From Octopus vulgaris (lineage: Eukaryota), in NCBI GenBank assembly GCA_951406725.2, contig OX597832.1, positions 14,136,001 through 14,200,000 of the forward strand: DNA of 64,000 bases, given 5' to 3'. The notes below the pieces were generated by a model, which did no database searches, had not been told where the DNA came from, and was given only the letters and a program-made list of their open reading frames with translations. A program made the translations under genes and the position numbers. Below, piece by piece: positions 55,015 to 64,000 of this stretch. Every line of letters starts with the position of its first letter. The first letter of the stretch is position 1.

Positions 55015-55170
55015 ACTCTTGACTGCGGCCACGCTGGAGCATCGCCTTTAGGCAAATACATCGATCCCAGGACTTATTCTTTGTTAGCCTAATACTTATT
55101 AGCAGTGTCTTTCGCCAAACCGCTAGCTCTCGGAGTGGTAAGCACATCAACATCTGTTGTCAAGCCTTGA
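55015..55170 (-). mobile_element. SINE family B 3' part
   Basis: gactgcggccacgctggagcatcgccttt..tcgatcccaggactta..gccaaaccgctag. Confidence 0.75.
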
Positions 55171-55220
55171 TGTGGGGGAAGGTTGCGCAAATACATACAT
55201 AAACACACACTCGCGCGCAC

Positions 55221-55420
55221 ACACACGGACACACACACACCGCGTGTGTACCGTTGGCGATGTTTTTCCCTCTGTCTTCCCTTCTCTGGATCTTTCCTTC
55301 TCCTATGTTTCCGACGAAGAGCTCCGCTCTTTCTTTCCTTCTTTCTTGAGCATCCAATAATACTATATTCGTTCCACGTCCTCGCGTTGTTGTGTTTTTT
55401 TTGTGCTTTCTTGTTTGAAT

Positions 55421-55425
<5 letters not shown>
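55221..55425 (+). mobile_element. Short element related to the 21763/62283 family, hammerhead partly deleted
   Basis: Same layout: pyrimidine tract, then CCGACGA-agagc-tcc-gctc (GAAAC missing), then ttgagcatccaataatac; abuts (TA)n. Confidence 0.55.
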
Positions 55426-55483
<58 letters not shown>

Positions 55484-55494
55484 GACTCAAATAA

Positions 55495-55820
55495 TTGATC
55501 TCATGACCTTTTTCTGAAGATTAGTACTTATTCTATCGGCTCTTTTGCAGAACCGCTAAGTTACGGGTACGTAAACACTCCAACACTGCTTGTCAAGCGG
55601 TGATGGGTGGCAGAAGCACAATGAGACACACACACACGCACACATAATTAAATACTAGTATTATATACGGTGGATTTCTTTCAATTTCCTTCTACCACAT
55701 CGGCTCACAATGCTTTGGTCCGGCTGAAGCTATAGTAATAAACAGGTGTCCAAATTTCCACCCAGTAGAATTGAAACCGAAACCATGGGGTTGAGAAGCA
55801 ACCTTCTTATCACATTGCCG
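55495..55820 (-). mobile_element. SINE family B, degenerate
   Basis: tacttattctatcggctcttttgcagaaccgctaagttacgggtacgtaaacac..gaaaccatggggttg. Confidence 0.75.
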
Positions 55821-56091
55821 AACCAACACTGTCCCAGCATGTCGTTCATTCTAATTACCATATAAGTGTACATAGATTATGTGATGTACTTCTACTTCTT
55901 TTACGTGAAGTGGTTTCATATTTTGCTTCTAAGTTTTGTTTGTGACTCTCACGGCACGTAACGAGTCTTTAAATCATACATCATTTACCAAAAATGCCGG
56001 TATGAACTTGATATCACGTGATTGAAAGGGACAGAATTTACCAGTGTAAATAACTAATTTCGTAGTTAATTGAACAATGACATTAAAATAT

Positions 56092-56215
56092 TCATTTCTT
56101 TATTGCCATAAAGGGGACAACATAAAGGGGACAATAAGGACAAACACACGGATTAAGTCGAATACATCGACTCCTCTGCGTAACTGGTACATATTTAATT
56201 GACCCAGAAAGAATG
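56092..56215 (-). mobile_element. SINE family A 3' half
   Basis: tttctttattgcc..ggacaaac..taagtcgaatacatcgac..gcgtaactggtac. Confidence 0.7.
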
Positions 56216-56726
56216 CCTTATTAAAATATTGACAGCTTGTAGAAATAGTATGATTGTTGGTTTACCTAGTTGAGCTACGCTTTATCTTTTCTATGCTATG
56301 TATACATGTCTTTGTACACTAAATGTTATTATTTTTAGATACATTTAGTTGACTAATGTTGATACATACTCAACGGATGTTCAAGTTGGGTAGTTCTTCA
56401 ATGTTTTCAAGCGGATAAGTAATAGGACTTGATGACTAAGAATCCTCTAATGATTTCATTCTTATTGTTCACGTACATATTTTTAGATTTTTGTCCTTGT
56501 AATATCAGAAACTTCCCTGCTGGCCAAAGAGTATGTCCTCCTGGACTAACTCACTATTTCAATATCCGCAAACATACAAGGCAAATCAGCATCTATAAAG
56601 CTGTTAGGAATAAATATGCAAATATTCATCCCTTATCTCATTGCAGACGGTTTGTTATAATTTAGCAAATAGAATCACAGTTCAGCACAACAATTCTGCG
56701 GATTTCGCGAGACGCATGCTTCCGGC

Positions 56727-56777
56727 TATTTCTGGCTGAAGAGACACAGCCTGCCGAAACAGCACTGTCACAGAATA
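56727..56777 (+). ncRNA. Minimal type-I hammerhead ribozyme motif, slightly degenerate
   Basis: tatttctgg-CTGAAGA-gaca(cagcc)tgcc-GAA-acag(ca)ctGTC-acagaata: intact core, palindromic stem III, one mismatch in stem II, one mismatch and a bulge in stem I. Confidence 0.65.
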
Positions 56778-56975
56778 CTTATCAGCAATATATACCGTGT
56801 GTTGAAAAAAATGTTGACAAAACTGAACAGACTATTTTCCTTTGTCACACAAAGAACGCCCAGCATATTGTTTGTTTGAACCTGCCTACATGAATATGTA
56901 ATATTTAACTATTTATCTACATACACAAGTACAAACGGACACACACACAATACACACATATATATAAACATATGT

Positions 56976-57039
<64 letters not shown>

Positions 57040-57102
57040 GTATGCATACACATACAAACGTATTACTCTCTCTTTCTCTCTCTCTCTCTCATTATATATA
57101 TC

Positions 57103-57195
<93 letters not shown>

Positions 57196-57769
57196 ACATA
57201 CATACATACATATATATATGTATGTATATGTATATACATACATACATGTATATATACAAATTTGCATAGACAGTCATCGCAGTGTGTTCTAGGTTAAATC
57301 TATTGTTTTGTCTGGAAATATCTACATACGATTTACATTTGTGAGGTTCTTTTATCTGCGATATCTGAACATCAGAAATATCTTAGATGTTGTTGTTTTT
57401 TTTGTTTCTTTTTCTCATAAGTTGCAGGTTTGCGCTTACAATTTCTTCATGTCTACTTTGGTATTCGGAGGTTTGTGATTTCTTAAACTGATAATTAAAC
57501 ATTTATGCTATATATTTTTTTCGCAATTTCGCATTATAGTGTTTATTTATATATTTCTTTTACATCATCTTGAATATTTTTTTTTCATTCTATATTTAAA
57601 CCAACATTATTTCACAGTCATACTGAAATAACCAACAGTATTCATCTAATCCTCCTCCTTTCTTTTCCTTACTCTCCTCCCTCTCCCCCTTCCTCTTTAT
57701 AGCATCGTCTTCATCTCTATCATCCATCATGCTTTCGTTCTTCTTATACTTTTTCTTCTTTTTCATCTA

Positions 57770-57904
57770 TTGTTACTACTACAACTAGAACTACTTATCC
57801 TATTCCTCATCTTGCTACTACTACTACTAATACTACTACTAATACTACTACTACTACTACTTCAACTACCACTACTACTACTACTACTACTTCTACTACT
57901 ACTG

Positions 57905-57935
<31 letters not shown>

Positions 57936-57974
57936 AACAACAACTACTACTACTACTTCTACTACTACTACTAC

Positions 57975-58009
<35 letters not shown>

Positions 58010-58010
58010 T

Positions 58011-58074
<64 letters not shown>

Positions 58075-58307
58075 GTTTTCGTTTGACTTATTTTCATATT
58101 CCCTCTTTACTGCGGATGCTAGTATTTATTTTTTGTGTCCATATTTGTATAAATATCGTTATGATCGAGATCACTCTCATGATGATCACCATCCTCATCG
58201 ACGTCATTATCACAATCATCATCATCATCACTCTCATGATCATGATCCTCATCGCTGTCGTCGACGTCATCATCAACATCATCACCATCATCGTCATCAC
58301 CGCCACC

Positions 58308-58338
<31 letters not shown>

Positions 58339-58452
58339 TCATCATCATTATCATCATCATCATCATCATCATCAACATCATCACCACCACCACCACCATC
58401 ACCACCATCATAATCATCATCTTCAACATCATCATCATCAGCAGCAGCAGCA
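57770..58452. repeat. (CTA)n and (CAT)n/(CAC)n trinucleotide arrays
   Basis: Directly visible; source of the 242-aa poly-L/poly-H ORF. Confidence 0.95.
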
Positions 58453-58701
58453 GGTTGTTGTTTGCCATCATCTTTATTCCAATATCGTTACCATTTGATG
58501 GGAAATTGATTTTATACTATTATTTTTTCAACAAAACTTCTTATTCTCGTACGAAGCACTATTGCGCATATATACATGTATATATTTTGATATACAGCAA
58601 CATACACGTATCTATGCATACGTACACATACGTACATACACATATTTATCTACCTTTATATATATAAGTCTGTATATATGAATATAAATATGTATATAAT
58701 G

Positions 58702-58755
<54 letters not shown>

Positions 58756-58805
58756 TATACATACATATATATATATATATACATATATATATATTTACAC
58801 ATATA

Positions 58806-58872
<67 letters not shown>

Positions 58873-59883
58873 ATAAGTGTATATTCCATGTTCCGTCTTT
58901 CATTTGCCACACACAAACAGTTACAAATGCTCCCACGCAGGCACATACACACACACATATATATATATGTGTGTGTGCGTGTGTGTGTGATAATCTATCT
59001 GTCTACCGTTCTCTCCATCTGTCTCTCTATCTATCTCTATGTCGATGCATCTATCATTTTACCTCTCCCTCACTCTTTCAATGTGTCTATGTGTGTGTCA
59101 ATGTGTGTCTGTATGTGTGCGTGTGTGGTATATTATATATCACATGACGTTCTTTATCATTTAATTCTTTCACCTTCTGCTTCTTAAGCCATCGATGCTA
59201 TTTCTCTTCATAACGAACTTTATTTTTTATACTATTTTTTCATCTGTATATTATTTATTTTTACTTACATTCTTACATTTTTTCTTCATCCTTTTCGTTG
59301 TTCTTATATTTATGTTATTATCGTCTTTTCTATAAGTCTCATTTTTTCCTCTGCTACTATTTTGTTGTTATGATTGATGAATAAACACAAAAAACACAAA
59401 TGAGAGAAAAAATGGCGACGTGTTTATGAAAGAATGAATGGTATTTTTATGTCGTTGTTGTATGATTTATTTACGTTGCGTTTTTCTCTTAGTCTGTATG
59501 TGTTTCTAATTTGCTTTAGCACTATACATCCATATATCCGTCCGTCGGTTCATCTATCTTTCCATTCACACACATACGCACACACACACATGCACAAATA
59601 CACTCACAAACACACACACACATGCTCACGTGATGGACTAGAATACCAGAACGTTTTATTCATTGCTGGAGGAAATGTGCCGTGCGTTGTTTAAGCTTTA
59701 GAATTACCACACCCGACTGGCTAGATGAGCAAGCTGACATACCCTTAGATCGGAAAGCTAATCTGTCTCTGAGTAACCCATTTTCAACTGCATGGACTGC
59801 AGCAAAATGAGCCGAAATGCTGCATTAACAACGAACGAGGACAAATATCCGTCAAATGTAAATAATGTAAATAATCTGAAATT

Positions 59884-59931
59884 GTCTCTGATGAAGAGAT
59901 ATCCGTAGTATCCCAGAAGCAATTGTAAAAC
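59884..59931 (+). ncRNA. Degenerate minimal hammerhead ribozyme motif
   Basis: gtct-CTGATGA-a-gagata(tccgtag)tatccc-a-GAAG-caatt-GTA-aaac; three A/G transitions away from a canonical fold. Confidence 0.55.
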
Positions 59932-60008
59932 TAAGTTTGCTTTTATAAATGTCTTGAAAATTCTAACAGCCTTGGCTTTGCTTTCTAATTCTCATTCACT
60001 CAATCACT

Positions 60009-60063
<55 letters not shown>

Positions 60064-60083
60064 GTATATATACATATGTATAC

Positions 60084-60175
<92 letters not shown>

Positions 60176-60618
60176 GACTTGCAACAAGTAGAATAGTTAC
60201 CTTTAATTTTCAAAATCTTTTAAGTTAATACACAAAGAGAACAATTGAAATGTTGGCTCGGAGAATCAAGCATCTGTTTTAACATTTTGCAAACTGCCGT
60301 TTTAACATTTTGCAATCTTGATTGCAAAATAAATTAGGTTTGTTACACAAATTGTTCAATATTATCGTTCCCTAACGGATAAGCACAGTTGTGTAGCATT
60401 TCTTGCAGTAAACTCTAAAATAATTACTACTTCTATTAATTGCCAAATGTCTGCAAGACTCTTGGTGGAAATGAACGTCCGTTTGTTTTCTTATAATTTT
60501 AGTTTCGTAACTTCAGTGTCAGACTAACTGGATCTTCGGGCGTATGTTTCTGTGTTTGTGTAATGCGGGGAAGAGATAGATAGACATAGATTAGTTTGTA
60601 TCTGGTGAAGGGTGATTA

Positions 60619-60666
<48 letters not shown>

Positions 60667-60878
60667 GTCACAGGGAAAGTTAAAAGAGAGAAAAGGTATG
60701 GACGAATCTGCTTTTGGTGAGATGGCGATGTAGACGACGATTTCTCTTCGTTGCATGGCTGAGAAGTAACTTAAATAACCTACATGCATAGATTCTCGCA
60801 CACATAAACACCAAACCACACAGTTATGCACGTATACTATATTCTACATTCTCTACTTCCGCTTCGTCTCATTCGTCT

Positions 60879-60932
<54 letters not shown>

Positions 60933-61014
60933 CACTGCTGCTGCTGCTGCTGCTGCTGCTCCTACTGCTGCTACTACTACTACTACTACTACTACTACTA
61001 TTACTACTACAACG

Positions 61015-61098
<84 letters not shown>
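60879..61098. repeat. (ACT)n/(GCT)n/(ACA)n array
   Basis: Directly visible. Confidence 0.95.
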
Positions 61099-61099
61099 G

Positions 61100-61325
61100 C
61101 AGTGAGCGTGGAAAATCATTAGCACGCGTGTCCAAATGCTTAGCGGCATTTCGTCTGGCTTTACGTTCTCACTTCAACTTCTGCCGGGGTCGAATTTGCC
61201 TTTTATTGTATTTTTTTTTGTGGATGATAAAAAAAAGTACCAGTTGAATACTGGGATCGATGTAATCGACTCAGCCTCCTCCTCCAAAATTGTTTTCTTT
61301 GTGACAAAACTTGAAAGCATTATTA
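61100..61325 (+). mobile_element. SINE family A, degenerate
   Basis: ttagcacgc..aaatgcttagcggcatttcgtctg..aagtaccagttgaatactgggatcgatgtaatcgact. Confidence 0.75.
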
Positions 61326-61340
61326 TCAAATTTTTTTTTC

Positions 61341-61393
<53 letters not shown>

Positions 61394-61734
61394 GGTGGTA
61401 GTAGTAGTATGGTGGTCGTGGTGGTGGTAGTAGTCGTGGTGGTGGTGGTGGTAGTAGTAGTGGTGGTGGTGATAGTAGTATGGTGGTGTTGGTGGTGGTA
61501 GTAGTAGTGGTGGTGATGGTAGTAGTAGCGGTGGTGGTGGTGGTAGTAGTAGTAGTGGTGGGGGTGGTGGTAGTAGTATGGTGGTCGTGGTGGTGGTAGC
61601 AGTTGTAGTGGTGGTGGTAGTAGTAGTGGTGGTGGTGATTGTAGTATGGTGGTGTTGGTGGTGGTAGTAGTAGTGGTGGTGGTGGTGGTAGTAGTAATAG
61701 TGGTGGTGGTGGTAGTGTTAGTAGTAGTAGTAGC

Positions 61735-61785
<51 letters not shown>
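61341..61785. repeat. (GTA)n/(GGT)n array with a higher-order internal duplication
   Basis: The block gtagtatggtggtcgtggtggtggtag...gtagtatggtggtgttggtggtggtagtag occurs twice (~61405 and ~61573). Confidence 0.9.
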
Positions 61786-61995
61786 TATGTCTTCTGAGAC
61801 TTAATTGAAACTCTTTGACACAGATACTATGAAACGGTGCATCGATATATAAGCATATTCTCTTAAAGTGCATCGAGTAACGATTTGAAAATGTTATGCT
61901 AAACAGCTTCATTCTCAACAACACTCTTCGGATATCAGTCCCACTTCATAGTAACGTGTACAAGTATCTTCTACCACAAACTCGGGCCAACCAAA

Positions 61996-62073
61996 GAACC
62001 CGTCGTATATATAACGTATGAGAGGAACCCGTCGTATATATAACGTATGAGAGGAACCCGTCGTATATATAAC
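61996..62073 (+). repeat. 29-bp tandem repeat x2.7 derived from a SINE-B end
   Basis: gaacccgtcgtatatataacgtatgagag repeated, directly after a SINE-B core fragment (~61925-61995). Confidence 0.9.
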
Positions 62074-62282
62074 ACTGCAGCATTTGTTTCTACGCTGCTC
62101 ACCAATATTAAGTAGCAATTTTTTCATATTCAAACAATGTTACTTAAATTTGCTCTAAATAAATATGCATTTTAATATCTTCTTAATTGGATTTCTAGTG
62201 AGGATGCTTCCTCATGGAATACAGTATTAAAATGTTGGTAATTAGGTTTATTGACCTTAAAACCGTATGCATATTTATATAA

Positions 62283-62490
62283 CGGGAAGCTTTATGAAAA
62301 TAAACAAAAGACAAGGCAGTTGGAATACAAACAAACAATTGTATTAGTATGGCGCTCAGGAATATAGATAAAACAAGTCTTTTACGTTTCGAGCCTACGC
62401 TCTTCAACAGAAAGATACACAGAAAAGAAACACGGAGAGAAAAAAGGAGAGAAAAAAATGCGTGCAGAGGCTAGCGAATCAACATGGCGA
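62283..62490 (-). mobile_element. ~200-bp non-coding element with a minimal hammerhead (Penelope pLTR/retrozyme-like)
   Basis: The reverse strand of 62377-62415 reads tcttt-CTGTTGA-a-gagc(gtag)gctc-GAAACGTA-aaaga; homologous to 21763-21951. Confidence 0.75.
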
Positions 62491-62880
62491 AACACAATCA
62501 AGGCACTCCGAAATTCTTCGTCTTCTTCCCCCCCTTCTCCTCCTCATCCTCATTCTTCTTCTTCTTCTTCTTCTTCTTCTTCTTCTTCTTCTTCTTCTTC
62601 TTCTTCTTCTTCTTCTTCCCTACCAAGAATTCCCAACGACTTCGACGCCACAAGAGTAAACAAGAGAGACAGAGAAAGGCGGCAACAAGGAACGTGCCAC
62701 TTATATTTTAACACTATACAAATATTCTTTTTTAAAAACCTTCCTTTTAATTTTTCTAAATTTAATTATTTAATTGTTACAGTTGTAAAAGTCTCAGTAA
62801 CTGAAACTGCTACTGAAATGTTCTTTATGAAATTATTTTAGCATTTTCTATCCTGACTTGTTTTTCATATATATCAACTC

Positions 62881-62958
<78 letters not shown>

Positions 62959-62967
62959 ACATGTATG

Positions 62968-62998
<31 letters not shown>

Positions 62999-62999
62999 T

Positions 63000-63044
<45 letters not shown>

Positions 63045-63339
63045 TTTGACGTGCCAAAGGCACTTGTCAACCTAGAGTGATGATTCTCGAGCCGTATCGT
63101 TGCTACACAATGTAAAAGAAAACTGCATTCTTTGAGTTACTGTAACGTTCTGCACGGTTGTCTTTTCTACAGTTTCGATCTACACAATATTTTATATTTT
63201 GCAAGGTTTGCATGAGTCTAAGTCGATGGGAATAACACTTGTCTTCGATGCAAATCAATGGGTTCGAAATAGGTCTACCATTATGCCAATCAAACCACGT
63301 GATGTTTTAATCATGCTGAGGCAACAAACAAAACCCATA

Positions 63340-64000
63340 TTGGTTGGCAACTAAGTTCCCCCTGATTTTTTAATTTCATTTTGTTCAATTATTCAATAAC
63401 GTATTCACCCTTGTTTACAATTTCTCCCCAACGTTCAACAAGATTTTCAATACCTTGTTGGTAGAAATCACCCGATTTCGACTCGAAAAATTGATCCAAC
63501 CAGGCTCTGAATTCTGCATCAGTAGTGAACGAAACTACGCACATATTATTTGAAAGAGATCGAAAGAGGTGGAAATCCGTTGGTGCCAAATCAGGAGAGT
63601 ACGACGGGTGCGGAAGCACTTTCCCGCCATGCGTTTGAATTGCTTTCTTGGTCATATTGGCGATATGAGAGTAGGCGTTGTCGTGCATCAAAGGAACTCC
63701 ATGCTGCCGATCAGGCCTTTTATCTTAAATAGCCGTGTTGAATCGTTCCATCTGTTGAACACAGAGTTCCGTGTTGAACTTTTGGTTCCTTTGAAGCAAT
63801 TTGTTATGGATAATCTCTTCCTAGTCCCATCATGCGAACAACATCGTTTTACGTGGATGAAAATCTTGCATCACGCACGGTGTCGCTTGTGTACCTTGGC
63901 TAAGACATTCGTTACGCTGATTCATATTGATGTACAGGCACTATTTGTCATCGCCAGTAACGATTGTGCCCATGAGGTAGGCGGTGACGATCAAGCAAAC
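63340..64000 (-). mobile_element. Mariner (DD34D) transposon 3' half with terminal inverted repeat
   Basis: IVTGDDK, HDNAYSH, LPHPSYSPDLAPTDFHLFRSL, GIENLVERW; TIR ttggttggcaactaagt preceded by TA at 63338-63339; runs off the window. Confidence 0.93.

Noticed and set aside
57770-58667. 242-aa, 194-aa and 125-aa ORFs (poly-L/H/I/M)
   Set aside because: Stop-free frames of (CTA)n/(CAT)n microsatellites, with no domain or splice support.

Overview
AT-rich eukaryotic (animal) non-coding DNA. The dense (TA)n/(CA)n/(AAT)n microsatellites and tRNA-derived SINE families resemble an octopus (coleoid cephalopod) genome; this is inferred from repeat content, not confirmed. I found no intact host protein-coding gene, and nearly all tracked ORFs are microsatellite read-throughs or decayed transposon fragments. 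The window contains: three SINE families (Meta-core-like, CORE-like, V-domain-like); decayed R4/Dong, RTE, CR1 and I/Jockey-like LINEs; two GIY-YIG Penelope-like elements (PLEs), one with inverted terminal repeats; two maT-like and one mariner transposase relic; a Helitron helicase relic; a MITE; and a 40-bp minisatellite. The most interesting signals are (i) several minimal type-I hammerhead-ribozyme motifs, including a ~190-bp non-coding element family whose copies together rebuild a canonical ribozyme; (ii) a near-perfect 182-bp-arm foldback and two smaller hairpins, two of the three with a partial arm duplicated in the loop; and (iii) a CpG-rich island with no repeat I recognise, carrying a YY1-type motif and a candidate recursive-splice (AG|GTAAGT) site. 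All alignments were done by eye, and the boundaries of decayed elements are approximate.
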